The translations under genes were made by a program, and so were the position numbers. A stretch of 38,438 nucleotides of DNA from Chiloscyllium plagiosum (Eukaryota): NCBI RefSeq assembly GCF_004010195.1, contig NC_057719.1:42124239-42162676 (forward strand), given 5' to 3'. Positions 22,216-35,635 of the stretch are shown here, piece by piece; position 1 is the first letter of the stretch; the number at the start of each line of letters is the position of its first letter. The notes under the pieces are model-generated. The model saw only the letters and a list, made by a program, of their open reading frames with translations, searched no databases and was not told the origin of the DNA.

Positions 22216-25184
22216 TAAAGTCCTCAAGTTGATTAATGATGTTCGTTCAATTATTTCAATTTGTTTTCTGTATTTGAATACAGCCACACCCAAAAGGCCC
22301 CATAATAGCAAAACACAGATTGTATTATGTCACATGCTTAGGATAAGAATAGAAAGTCAAATATTTTCCTAAAGCCATTATAGAATTAACCATAGTCATT
22401 GAGAGTAACTTAACTTGCCATGATGTATCATCAATAATAGCATTACCAAAATGCACCCTCTTAAAAGTGATTATGAAATAATTCATACAGTATTAGGATA
22501 ACACCACCACCCAGACCTCCTCACCTCAGTAGGCATGGATAATGGCAAGAGAAATTGAAGTGTTTAAGATTTGAGATGCTTAAAATGTTTGCTAAAATGA
22601 AGTGGCAGATGTAATTGAAATGTAACACAAATAAGTGAAGCAGGAAAACTATGCTCATTTTGGGGAGCACAAATCAACAAAGGGTTTGATAATTGGGAAA
22701 CTGATCAGGAAAGACCTGGAAAGAGGAATAGGGTACAAAGGGGAGCAGGAGGTAATGCAGTGCTGGGGTATGAGAGGGAGGTAGCAAGGATAGGCGACTG
22801 AGGTCATACCCACTATACTCCTGAATTGCTGGCTTTTCTGAAAATCATTGGCTGATTGATAGTCATACTAACCAATAAGCTACAAGTATTCCACTTCACA
22901 ATTCCTGCACAACTCTTAAAGATATGTTTCATTCTGGATAGAGAACAAGCGGCATCATTTTTAAAAATAATTTTATTGAGAGATGACAAGACAAATATAG
23001 AGTGAGTTTAGAGAATTTTATAACTTGACAGTTTACTGGTGACTTGACCAAGGTGATGGAGATGTGATACTATCACTTCTTTAAAACTCAAATAATAGAT
23101 TTTTTTTCCTTTTCTTTTCACAGTTTGCCATCAGTCTCTCACTTAAATCTTCATCTCAGTTTGCATTTGCCTTACCTTAGATTCTTTGAATTTGTGCATC
23201 ACATGGACATGATCGACAATTCAACTCCCTACTTGTGTGGTGGATCCGGTCCAGTAATAAACATTAAATGCCTTACAAGATCTCATAATGATTTCAAAAT
23301 ATCTTTACTCTGGCAGAATGAAGAGGTTTACCCGAACAAAGTTACCTAAGAACAACAATGGTCGAGAGGGCTTCAAGGGAAGATTTGACTGCAGCTAGTG
23401 TTGTTGCTATGATCAGCCTCCCCAGCGAAGGTCCCCAGTTCAGTACAAATCTGGGTGGGATAGCCCTGAATGCTTCTGAATAAAGAGGGATTAACTCACT
23501 CTCCTTTATTTTTATAAAAATCTCTTCCCTTGTGGATACCATTTCCAATCTAAATGTACTTCTGTTTTAAAAGGAGCCAAATTAAACAGGCTTTCTTGAG
23601 TTAAAGAAAGAGTGAGTTTCTTAGCTCATAAACCGGAATCAAGTAAATCAGGTAATTGTTTAAAAGATGTATGAATTAGTTTCTAGGTTTCAGGAAAAAC
23701 TAGATGGTGGAATGGTACAGCTGTTAAATCGGTCAGTACTGGTTACATTGATGTGGCTGATGAAACCATTAATTTGTCAGCCTTTTTGTATATTTCTAGA
23801 AGTGTAAATTACAAATACCCTTGTTGTATGGGACATTAACCACAGGAAATGGCTTTCTGCTGAGCAGGAGGGTCAGTCCCATGTTATCTCTTCCTTTTAA
23901 GCCTCTCAGTTTGAAAATTTCCCCAGCATTCTTCAGGCATGGTATTCCATGGTTCCCAGATGGTTTTGCTGACAGCCATGGAAGCTAATACCAGAAGTTA
24001 ACTGTGAATGTACATTTTATAAACACATGTAATTGAAAGTTCAATATGTCTGTACTTAATCTGTGATTACGTTATGTTGTTAGGACCCAGTACAGTCTCC
24101 TGATTTGAGAACCAAAAGCTGGAAGCAGAAAATCTCCCAGTAAGAGCTGAAGTAACTACGCTAGCACCGTCTGTCTGCCTAAGCCTGAGAAGATAAGGTA
24201 AAGATATTGGGAGGCTCAGGAATAGACCACAGCCTTCTGGCAGAAATTGAAGAGTTTGGAGGCCATAGCCCACAAAATACAGGAGGAAACTATTGAAAAC
24301 TGTCAAAAATGAGTGAGATGCATCTGTTATTTTAATATTACATGGTATACCTTTCAGCCTGATGCAGTTCCATCCATTTGGATGCAGATAGGAGAGTAAA
24401 TTACAGTTATGCCAAAGTTTTCCAATTCTGAATTATACTTGGTGCCATTTTTCTTCAGATGGCAACAAGAATATCACACGTCATTTGTATTGAATCAGAT
24501 CATTTATTGCGACGTGTTTTCAATATAAAATACATTGAAAATTGTGTACCATCACCATGCATAGGCGCCATTCATGTTAACCTAAAATAAAATTTTAAAA
24601 TTTTTAAAAACTAGTTTAAAGAGGGTCTAATGTTTCCTTCCTGACTACCACAGTCCCACTGCCATGCTGCCGCAAGTAGAGTCCTACTCTGGGCATTACC
24701 AACCCTCGCCATGCTGCCGTCTGTAGGTGAGGTGATGTTACACCAGAATGATGTGAGTTAAAAAGTGTATTGAAAATGCCTGCACCCCCAGCACCATCCA
24801 GATAAAGACAACAAGCCTATTATATGGAACTAAGCAGTTGTACAGACCAAGTTATGACAAGGTAAAAATATCTTATAATTAATTTCCAAAACTTCTGACA
24901 ATCAAATTTTTTTTCAATAAAACCTGATGGATCATTATACAGGTAGGTGCAGTGTCAAACTTGTTTTTATCACTAATGACTTGTCATTCAGTGACACTGA
25001 AATATTGAATAATCTCAGGCAGAGCATGTTTCTTGGGTAATTTTTGGTTCATGATCAGATATAGGAATATATTTAATAAGCTACAAAATGAAGTAATTGC
25101 TTTTAAAACTATTATCACCAAATTTCATCTGTATGGAGGAAATGCACATGGGTGAGATTGGTTTTCAGTGAATTATCAGCCTGT

Positions 25185-25525
25185 TTATAGAATCGCTGCA
25201 GTGCAGAAAGAGGCCACAAAGTCTGCACCAACCCTCTGAAGATCATCCTACCCAGACATAGCCCCTACACATCCCTATAAACCTCACATTTACCATGGCT
25301 AATCTACCTAACCTGCACATCCCTGGACACTATGGGGGTATTTAACATGGCCAATCCACCAAACCTGCACATCTTTGGACTGGGGGATTGAATGGGAGCA
25401 CCCAATGGAAACCCACACAGATATGGGGAGAATATGCCAACTCTACATAGACAGTTGCCCAAGGCTAGAATCGAGCCTGGGTCCCTGGTGCTGTGAAGCA
25501 GCGGTGCTAACCACTGTGCCACCCC
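25185..25525 (-). mobile_element. HE1-type V-SINE
   Basis: GGTGGCACAGTGGTTAGCACCGCTGCTTCACAG head on the minus strand, V-domain, CR1-like tail. Confidence 0.9.
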
Positions 25526-25704
25526 TTGGTCCTTTTGTGCATAAGCCCCTATTTGTCCCTTACAACTCTTTCAATCCATGCAATGGTCTATTGGCAAAAC
25601 AGATCACTTTTTTGCTTTGCTTGAATAGTATTTCTACTGGACTATCAAAGAAACCTTCAACCCACTTGACACTCCATCTTCTTGACTGGTATGACACTCA
25701 CCAC

Positions 25705-25830
25705 CTTCCTGATGAAGGGCTTTTGCCTGAAACATCGATTTTCCTGCTCCTCTGAGGACCTTCTGTGCTTTTCCAGCACCACTCTCATCTAGACTCTAAC
25801 CTCCATGATCTGCAGTCTTCACTTTTGCCT
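25705..25830 (+). repeat. PLE terminal-repeat fragment with hammerhead-like core
   Basis: CTGATGA-AGGGC-TTTT-GCCT-GAAAC-ATC at 25709-25736; same family as 4291-4380. Confidence 0.75.
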
Positions 25831-26521
25831 ATCAGTCTTCTTTACCTGAACACAAATGGCAGCAATGCTGCCTGTCACTTTAAAGCTTACAGGAGTGTTG
25901 TTACTTCCCAAAACTAGAAGGGTGGATTCCAACTTGATTGCGCACAAATGTTAAAGTAGTTGCCCTGGAAATTATGATAACGTTGCTCATTGCCCAAGAC
26001 AAACTAAAAGGTCATACTCCATCTGGTTGGCTTGTATTTGAATCAATATTCATATGTCAGTGTAGTTGAAAGATATCAATTTAATTCACCTCACATCCTG
26101 CCAATTTATTTGCTAATAAAATCTGCTCAAATTGATTTCATCTCTTAAACGGATTTCAAATTCTGGTAGTGCATACTTCTGATCAACAGAATAACACTGT
26201 CATGAAGGTGGGACTAATTAATCTCTGAATTAATTTGTGAGTATCAGATTTCCTGTGAATTTTCAATTACAGTGTGATTTATGTTGAAAAGAATGAAAAT
26301 GATGTGAGTAAAGTTCAAAATGAATTCTCAGTTGAGGAGAAATAAAAGGATGTGTTTAAAGTATCATTGGGACAGATACACTGGATATGGAGAAACTGGA
26401 AAATTGGAATGGAGTCCATGCAGGAAGCAGTGCAGTCAAAGTAAATGGCAGAGTTGGTGGGTTTGTAATGAAAGTGGTGGACAGCCTTTCCCCAGAAATG
26501 GAAACAGTGAATTCAAGGAAG

Positions 26522-28118
26522 TGTTATGAAGGTGTAGAGGTGTACTGTACCTTTAAGAGAGTTGAAAAGCTAGCAAGGACTTAGAGAAGCACAGAGAGTC
26601 TGGAACAAGGTAACAATGTAATGTTTAGTCAAAGCAACAGGCTAAGAGTTGTGTTGCCTGGATACAAAAACAAATGCAAATTCGGCCAGATTAAATTATG
26701 CCCCAAGACCAAACTCCAATCAAGTTTGAATTTAGTATTTTGACAAAAGTAAAACCAATGAAACTAATCCGATGTTTTGGGGCAAAAATATCAGACATTT
26801 AGAAGAGTTAACCACAGTTGTAAGGAGCTGTTCTCTTAAAGGTAATTTTATCGATCAAAGACCTGGGAAGCAGAATCCCTAAGAAGAAAAGAAAACAGAG
26901 GAAAACCTACAGAGGACATTCAGCAAAGCTGACTGGTTTTGAAATGTGATTATATTTTTTGTAAATTGTAAGTGGGTTTTTTTTAAACCAGATCAGCATT
27001 GTGGAGATGAAGGTAAAAAATAGGTTTAAAGAAAGGAGTTGTAAATAGTTGTTAGTTAATTTTTTTTTAAAGTCTAACAGAGAATAAAGTTCAAAGTTTG
27101 TGAGAAGATTTGTAGCTCGGGTGCTCGTTGTTGTGGTTCTGTTCGCCGAGCTGGGAATTTGTGTTGCAGATGTTTCGTCCCCTGTCTGGGTGACATCCTC
27201 AGTGCTTGGGAGCCTGCTGTGAAGCGCTTCTGTGATGTTTCCTCCGGCATTTATAGTGATTTGTATCTGCCGCTTCCGGTTGTCAGTTCCAGCTGTCCGC
27301 TGCAGTGGCCGGTATATTGTGTCCAGGTCGATGTGCTTATTGATTGAATCTGTGGATGAGTGCCATGCCTCTATGAACTCCCTGCTGTTCTCTGTTTGGC
27401 TTGTCCTATAATAGCAGTGTTGTCCCAGTCAAACTCATGTTGCTTTTCATCTGCGTGTGTGGCTACTAAGGATAGCTGGTCGTGTCGTTTCGTGGCTAGT
27501 TGGTGTTCATGGATGCGGATCGTTAGCTGTCTTCCTGTTTGTCCTATGTAGTGTTTTGTGCAGTCCTTGCATGGGATTTTGTACACTACGTTGGTTTTGC
27601 TCATGCTGGGTATTGGGTCCTTTGTCTTGGTGAGTTGTTGTCTGAGAGTGGCTGTTGGTTTGTGTGCTGTTACGTGTCCTAGTGGTCGTAGTAGTCTGGC
27701 TGTCAGTTCAGAAATGTTCTCGATGTATGGTAACATGGCTAGTCCTTTGGGTTGTGGCATGTCCTCATTCCGTTGTCTTTCCCTTAGGCATCTGTTGATG
27801 AAATTGCAGGGGTATCCGTTTTTGGCGAATACATTGTAGAGGTGTAGGTGACATCCTCAGCCAAAGAATGTGCTTCATAGGAGGCTCCCAAGCACTGAGG
27901 ATGTCACCTAGACAGGGGACAAAACGTCTGCAGCACAAATTCCTAGCTCGGCGAACAGAACTACAACAACAGAGAATAAAGTTGTTAATTTTTATTTTTA
28001 AGTAGTGACTTTCAGGGTAGTTCTTTGCCTCGTGAATTTTAATAGATTACAGCACGGAGTGCATCTTTTCTGTGTTGCTGGTTTAAATTAGCAGAGGTGT
28101 TTACCCTGTGCCGTAACA
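26522..28118 (+). mobile_element. Solo LTR (about 705 bp net) with 4-bp TSD, itself interrupted by a PLE
   Basis: TGTTA...TAACA inverted termini; GAAG at 26518-26521 and 28119-28122; AATAAA inside the duplicated target of the nested PLE. Confidence 0.85.
27092..27967 (-). mobile_element. Penelope/Poseidon-type PLE, 5'-truncated, with GIY-YIG domain and inverted terminal repeat
   Basis: ORF 27371..27760 NVVYKIPCKDCTKHYIGQTGR...RIHEH; about 27128-27215 is the inverse of about 27882-27970; TSD AACAGAGAATAAAGTT at 27076-27091 and 27968-27983. Confidence 0.92.
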
Positions 28119-30047
28119 GAAGGGAAGAGTCAGAAATGGACCAGGTGAAACTGAGTAAAGGGCAGAAAGTGAAACCAAACTAATTCTTATTTCCAATTTC
28201 AGATGTGAGCAGGAAGCAGGTCCAATGATGTCATCAATGCATTGGAGAAATTTGTGGGCGAGAGGTTGTGAATGTCCCAAAGAATGTCCCACGTTCCCCA
28301 TGCAAAAGACACACATAACTGGAACTCATGCCTCACCACCTGCTCCATTCATCCCTCCCCCTCTGTCAATAGCATAAAATGCATCATTCTCCAGCTCTTT
28401 CAGTTCTGAAGAGTCATCTACCAGAGTTGAAATGTTAACATTTTCCCTCTTGTTACAGCTGCTGTCAGAACTGCTGAGTTTTTCCTAGTATTTTCTCTTT
28501 TCATTACAGATTAATTTAGCTTGCTCCAATTATCCGATTATAAATTGTTCCTTCATAATTATTGCAACAAATTTCTAAATATTCAATGATCAACATTATA
28601 TCGAATTCAGAACAGCTCATTTTAGAAATTGAGTAACTCATAATTCAATGCAAGAGAGGGATAGTTTTAGATAATTTAAAACATATCAGCAGGCAAAATC
28701 AGAAAAAAAAACTTGCTTTTAAAGGCAGGAACTCCAACAATTAATCATCAGTACATTGAACCTCACTTTATTTTTAGATTCTTTAAGGAATATGCTGTGA
28801 GCATTTTATTCACACATCAAAATCAAATATTGCTGCAGGTATGGAAATGGAAAGGAGAGATCGAATTCCCATCATTAAGGATAGAAAAAGAGATATGGTG
28901 CGGCAATTCCATTTTCATATAGAAGAATTGTTTATTGCTGCGCATCTGTAAATGGAATAGCACCACTGGAGTTGGCTGCAAAGGATTACAAATGAATACA
29001 TAGTCAGGCAGTGAGGAGTTGTGAATAGAAGACCATCACAGGCTGTTACAATACAATTGAGTTATTTCTAGAATTATTTGAGGCATATGTCAACTTCTGG
29101 ACTGATCAGTAGCTCCACTGATCCTTAAACATTCATTCCTATTGAAATCTGTAGTATGTACTGTAAAAGGAAGAGCATTTCCTCCACATAACTGGAATGA
29201 ATGACTTTACTGCTGAACATGTCAATTAAAAAGTACAGTGCTCAGGTTATTCACTTCATGGTGCAATGATAAAAGAGGTAGCAGTCTCATGCATACAAAC
29301 CTATGAGGATCTCAAATTCAGAATAATGCTTATTCCTTCTTGAATACTGATATTCACTGAACATTTTCAAGTCAAGTCAGGGAAACAGCATGCATTGAGG
29401 AAATATTCAAAAGGATTCTGAAGGGGTGCAGACCAGATCTTGTGGAAATAGTCCATAACACTACAAGAAAATAAGATAGGAGGTTTTCAAGGAACATACT
29501 GGAGAACTGCCTCAGAATGCCAAAGTAGATGTAAAGTGATATTATTCAAGTATTTGTGAAAAGACAATAGCTCATTATTACGATTTAAGAATAAAATAAA
29601 TGAATGGCTAACCATTGTCCAAGTAATATTGCTAGATTTATAAATACTGGGGACATTATCACAACAAAAATAGATTGTACAGAATAAATGCCTGAACTGT
29701 AATAAGTTAGAATAATGGGTTGAATTGTAATCTGCAGGAATGTGGGGTTTGGGACATGGTGGGGATTAATCTTTTTTAAAGAAAGAATTGGCAGTGCATC
29801 AGGTAGTTGGTTCCAATCCACTGACTTTGCATTTCATTTGAGGACACCGGCCTGCATGCAGACAAATCACTCAGGAGAAGCAGATCCTTATCATCTATTG
29901 TCAAATATGAATAAGTAAATCACAGCAATATTTCAGACACCTTTGAGTTTAATGTCAGGTCTATGGGTTTTCCTGAAATTCTCTAGTGAAAGCAAGGTGA
30001 TTGTGTAAGAGAAAAAGAGGAAGCCGAATCAATCTCAAGCAAACATT

Positions 30048-30372
30048 ATGGCAGCGTAGTGGCTCAGAGGCCTCACAGTGCCAGGAACCTACATTCAATT
30101 CCACCCTTGGGCAACTGTCTGTTGGGGTTTGCACATTCTCCCCATGTCTATGTGGGCTTCTTACGGGTGCCCACAGTCCAAAGATGTTCAGGTTAGGTGA
30201 ATTGGCCACGTTGAATTATCCATCATGTCCAGGGATATGTAGGCTAGGTGGATTAGCGATAGGGATTGCAGGGTGATAGGGTGTGTCTGAGTGGGAATGC
30301 TCTTCATAGGGTCAGTGTGAACTTGATGGGCCAAATGGCCTGCTTCCACACTAGGAGATCTGTGATTCTGTG
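30048..30372 (+). mobile_element. HE1-type V-SINE
   Basis: GGCAGCGTAGTGGCTCAG head, GTTTGCACATTCTCCCCATGTCT V-domain, GGGCCAAATGGCCTGCTTCCACACT tail. Confidence 0.85.
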
Positions 30373-30524
30373 AAATATGTTGATGAACATTCAGCACTAA
30401 AATTTTCTGATGTGCCAAGGTTTACTCACATACTACATTTTGAAAGCTTCTTTGACAGTTTGATTTGTGTTCCACAGTTGGAATCAGACCATTGTATCAG
30501 CATGGGTAGTGTTTAGGCTCAGGA

Positions 30525-30645
30525 ATTGAGTTCTGAAGGCTCAAAATGTTAACTGTTTCCCTCTCTGTTGATATTCCCAGACCTGCTGACTAAGCCCTTT
30601 CCTTTTTTTTATTTCAGGTTTCCAGCATCTGCAGCACTCTTATTT
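30525..30645 (+). repeat. Degraded PLE terminal-repeat fragment
   Basis: TTCTGAAGG...AAATGTTAACTGTTTCCCTCTC...CAGACCTGCTGA...CCAGCATCTGCAG. Confidence 0.55.
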
Positions 30646-33069
30646 TTACTCATCACTAACTTGCCTCCTGGCATTCATCAGAACCCTCAAATTAAAGTCT
30701 AGCAGCAGTCAATTAGTGTCCAGAACCACCAAAGTATGTGATTGAATTGACCACCCACATGTGGATCCAGAGGTATCCTTCAGTATGTACAGGCCAGAAT
30801 GGGGTGGGATTGTTGTACTTTGCATAACATTGCTCAAAATCACACTTTAATCCCATAGGAGGAAAAGAGCTCAGATCCCCCTTGGGCAATTTAGAAGGGA
30901 AAGATATGGAAGTGGAAGAGAAGAGTAATAAAGACATATGTTCCACCAGCTGCTGACTTTGCCTGGGATCTCAAGGTTACTCTTAAGGTTTATTTAGGCT
31001 GCACCAATAGACTCATTGTACCATTACATAAAATGTTCACTGTTTTTGCTCCCATCACCCCCACACTACACCTGAGCACTAACTCTCAGATGTTGCAGAC
31101 ACAAAGCAGTCCTGCAACCCACCAAGCACACAACAGTGTGATTTGAATAAGGTTTCCTGGCACACATTGGCTACTCAGCTGACAAAGGCACGAGAGGTAA
31201 TTATTAGAAAAGGCTGGGTTTAAAAAGGCTGCAGTTCACCATTAAATCTGAGCTGCTGTTTTATAGATATAGGAGATAGTTAAAAGAAGACATGCAAAGA
31301 AAACAGCTCAATTTTTATGAAACAGCTGCGGAGGTGCTATGGGATAAATTCTTTGAAAGCTGAACTTAATGCACCAAACCGTAGAAGAGGAAGTGAATGA
31401 AAGATAAGTACACGTCCAAATAACAGCAGAACTTGGAAACAAGTCAGCACAAAGTTGTAACTGCAGTAAGTACTGGTTAGGTTTAGCTTCCTTTCAAAAT
31501 ATTGTCTTACACTGCACCTTGGTAGCACATCCCTTAAGCCCGTTCCTACATGACAGAAAGCACTCTGTCAATCACTCATGTATGGGCTGGCCCAGCGTTC
31601 ACTAGTATCTCTGGTGGTCAATTCAATAAGGCAGACAGTAAATATCACACAGACAGCTATCACAAACATGGGAGGGAGAGAATGAGAGGGGAAGATTTAA
31701 CACCCTAGAATAGGTAGAAAATGGGCTGGGGTCATTCATTTTTGATTTACAACTGCCACTTGGCTCCAGCGTACCCACTTTGTAGTTTAAAGGGTTATTT
31801 GTTCACCTGTGAGTAACTTACCACAGTCAAAGGGTGATGCAGGAGGGTTGTGTAATTATCACCATTTTGAGATGTTAGTGACTTTTTTGAAATTGTGTTT
31901 CACTGACCATTAAAGGTAATTTATCCAATTGCTGAAGGAAGGCAAGTGTAATGGGATGGAACAAGGCAGTGCTTTTGTGACATTGCTTGTAGACCAGGAG
32001 GAGCTAGAGTAATTCATTCTAGACCCTCATACTACCCTACAAATCATCCAATAACATTTCCTCCTCAGTTGACCAAATTAACCCCCATCATACACAATGA
32101 TCTCAGCACTATCTCTGACCTTCTCCATGTTTAAATCCTCACAATGTTCATGCCATTCCTATAACCACCTAATCTCCTTAACATCCAATTACCAATACCT
32201 GACATCCACATTGTCCAACCACCACCACATGTCAGAACTTCCTGCAGTTCAACTCTGCCAATGTTTAACACAGACCAACATTCCACTCACCTCCTGATCA
32301 CCAAAATCTAATGCTGCTCCCCACCCCCAATATCCAGCTGATTTCACAATCTCAAATGCCAGACTGACCTCCCCAATCCCAAATTGTTTTTGCTGCACCC
32401 TTTGGCTACCTGCTTGCCTGGGAGCCAATCAGCTCAATCTTTCAAAGTGCCTCGGTACAGCTAGGATCTCAATTCAAAAAATATCAACCACATGCGGCTG
32501 ACACACTCACTACCATTTCTGGAAAACCTTTTCTTGCAAGTTATCTTGTGACTGAACCTTACAACCCCTTTCCTTTCATTCACGTGGTTATTATTGAACT
32601 AAAGTGCCCACAAACTGCACTGACACATCCACATATACTGGCCGAACTGTACCACAAAAACTTTTGTTTTCACAGCATGTGCTCTGCTTGAAACTTGCTG
32701 GGAGACAAGAGCTCATAAAAATCAGACAGGAGGGTACATAATTGTCATCCCAAACTCTCCCAATTTCACAAAAGGAAACCGCCGGAAAAGCTGTGAAAAG
32801 AGTAAATCTTAATTAGGGCTGGAGTTGGGGAATAGTGTCGGGCACTATACCCATACCTATCAGGAGGGCAATCATCAGCCAGAAAAGCCCAAAGAGATAG
32901 GTTTTGCACGTTCATTTTATTCTTCTAGGATCAAGACGTTCCTCTCTTCCCTCAGACCTCTCTAATCTGCTTCACCCTCAGCACCAATAATTATCTAACT
33001 ATCAGGACAGGACTACAGTGCACATGGATAACAGTGAGTTGAGGGGTGCGTAGGTTAAGTTACTATATT

Positions 33070-33148
33070 TTACGTTAGGATTAAATCTCGGCATAACATC
33101 GTGGGCCAAAGGGCCTGTTGTGTGCTGTACTTTTCTATGTTCTATGTA
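33070..33148 (+). repeat. CR1 3' tail fragment
   Basis: ACATCGTGGGCCAAAGGGCCTGTTGTGTGCTGTACTTTTCTATGTTCTATG, inverse-similar to 37551-37615. Confidence 0.7.
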
Positions 33149-33979
33149 TTACAGGCCGTCCTCTGGGTGCAGACATGTTTCTCTGACATGCCAATCCTTG
33201 CGTCTGGTCCTTACCTTTAATAGCCAGACCATTGCCTCAGTCCTGGCCGTTTGCAACCCACAGAATGGTCATCAGTTTTATTAGCAACCATTGCTGCCAA
33301 TCTGCAATTTTAACCCTACCCACCCAAAGAAAATCCAGTTAGACTGGCAGTAAAAATATGTNNNNNNNNNNNNNNNNNNNNNNNNNNNNNNNNNNNNNNN
33401 NNNNNNNNNNNNNNNNNNNNNNNNNNNNNNNNNNNNNNNNNNNNNNNNNNNNNNNNNNNNNNNNNNNNNNNNNNNNNNNNNNNNNNNNNNNNNNNNNNNN
33501 NNNNNNNNNNNNNNNNNNNNNNNNNNNNNNNNNNNNNNNNNNNNNNNNNNNNNNNNNNNNNNNNNNNNNNNNNNNNNNNNNNNNNNNNNNNNNNNNNNNN
33601 NNNNNNNNNNNNNNNNNNNNNNNNNNNNNNNNNNNNNNNNNNNNNNNNNNNNNNNNNNNNNNNNNNNNNNNNNNNNNNNNNNNNNNNNNNNNNNNNNNNN
33701 NNNNNNNNNNNNNNNNNNNNNNNNNNNNNNNNNNNNNNNNNNNNNNNNNNNNNNNNNNNNNNNNNNNNNNNNNNNNNNNNNNNNNNNNNNNNNNNNNNNN
33801 NNNNNNNNNNNNNNNNNNNNNNNNNNNNNNNNNNNNNNNNNNNNNNNNNNNNNNNNNNNNNTGTTTCAATGGCACTATCTTCACTGCATCAACATCCTGA
33901 AAGGTTACTATTGAATAGAAACTGATCTGGACTAGTCTCATAAATCCTGTAGGCACAAGAACAGGAAAGAACTTTACAG

Positions 33980-35635
33980 TCCCCAAGATTTATTCACCAT
34001 CTACAAGGCACAAGTCAGCAGTATATTGGAATGCTGTTGTATTGGGTTGGAACCCTGAAATAGTATGCTGTTTTAGCTCTTTGATTCAAAACTTGTTTTT
34101 AAAAAGAGGATTGGTGTAAATTCATTGACTGGCTGACAAAAGTTCAGTGTGGGATGAACGAGATGTAACTGTTAAAAGTGTCAAAGAAACTTCAAACAGA
34201 CTGGATTTTGATTTCTTGTTGCTAAAAGAATACAAGGGGCTGATGATTCCCCACTCAAGACCAAGATATTCCATGTAGATTTTGTCCCAAACTGCAGGAA
34301 CGTTTTGTGTTTGTCCCTTTGAAAAACACATACAGACATGGCTTAAAAAGCCACTTTGAACTGTGCTGGAGTGGGTTCATGGAATGAACTTGGGTTCAAA
34401 TATTCTGTGAAGGTCACGGTTGAAGAACTACGCCTCGTCACTCCTGTGTTGCAGGTAAAGATTTCTCCTGACACTGAATGCTGGAATTCAATCAACTGGC
34501 AGCCAGATGAAAGGGAACCAGGACAACAAAAGGACTCTGTATCACCCTGAATGTTTGAATTCAATCACAGTTGAAAGACACACAGGGTTTAGTGTGCTTC
34601 CCTCTCACTTCACCTGATGAATGGGCTATGCTCTGAAAGCTTGTGATTTCAAATAAAACTGTTGGATGATTACCTGGTGTTGTCTGATTTCTGACTTTGA
34701 AAGAAATAGAGAATTTTGACCAGTCCTCAAAATTAAAACGTTTGAAAGCTTCTGTTCAAATACAGATGTCAATGCTACCAGTAACCTCCACTGCAATGGC
34801 CGCAATGTTCAATCATCCTTTCTTTTGAATAATCCTTATATGTTTTCACTTTCCTTTGGACTCTCATCTTATTTCTATTCTGTCTGTGGTGTATTGTGTT
34901 ACTAATTGTTCTCAAGTTTAGTAATACACATACTCTTTTGTTAAGTCAAGAAAGCCTGGTTAAATTGGCTTCTTTTATTTTTATTTGGGTTGGAAAATCC
35001 ACAAGGATTCACTTTTAAGTTAACCTTGTGTGACTAATAGAGGTGGATAAAAAAGTTCATCCCTCTTCATCTGAGAGCTTGAGGATTTATGGTACCCAGT
35101 CTGGAACTGTAACAAATTGGGGACCTTTGCTCGAGGTAAGGACATTACAATACTTTTGACTTGCATTGATGAATTTAGCTTCAATAAAACTCAACATGCT
35201 TGACACCATTCAGCACAAGATAGCCGACTTAACTGGCACCTTATCCACCACCTTCAACATTCACTCTCTTCACCACAGTAGCAGCAGTATGTACCATCTA
35301 CAAGATGTATTGTGGTAACTCACCAAGGCTTCATTGACAGTACTTTTCAAACCCATGCCATTGCCACCTTGAAGGACAAGCACAGTGAATGCAGAGAATC
35401 CCACCATCTACACGTTCCCCTCCAAGTCACCACCCATCCTGACTTGAATCTACATCCCTGTTCCTTCACTGTTGCTGAATCAAAATCCTCAAACTCCCCT
35501 TGTGACAGACCTATGGGTATGTCTACATTAGATAGATAGCAGCAGTTCAGGATGTTAATTCACCAGAACCTGCTCAAGGGCACTTAGGGATGAGTAATAA
35601 ATGCCAGTCTAACCAATGATGCCCAGGTGGTGCAA
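33980..35635 (+). mobile_element. CR1/L2-group LINE 3' fragment (DeuSINE-type tail) split by an LTR-like insert
   Basis: TIYKAQV at about 33995-34030 continues at 35150 onward (LDTIQHK...TTFNIHSLHH...VCTIYKM); tail GGGCACTTAGGGATGAGTAATAAATGCC matches the SINE tail at 19270-19310. Confidence 0.7.
34035..35149 (+). mobile_element. Old LTR remnant with possible primer-binding-site relic; contains a PLE terminal fragment (about 34575-34700)
   Basis: Starts TGTTGT; TGTAACA at 35108-35114 followed by AATTGGGGAC; flanks ATGC (34031-34034) and ATAC (35150-35153) as a diverged 4-bp TSD. Confidence 0.5.

Larger units (their letters stand above)
26330..28510 (-). mobile_element. Old PLE reverse-transcriptase fragment split by a solo LTR
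   Basis: FLQCIDDIIG (YIDD-like) in the 28101..28316 ORF; 26330-26521 continues into 28123-28320 once the LTR is removed; inverted terminal-repeat remnant at 28340-28510. Confidence 0.65.

Noticed and set aside
31822..31905. Minus-strand TTLLHHPLTV plus GTAAGT as the INF2 'VTLLHHVLE' exon
   Set aside because: Upstream residues do not match the G.A.GFKISTLLKL motif and an in-frame TGA follows the nearest acceptor.
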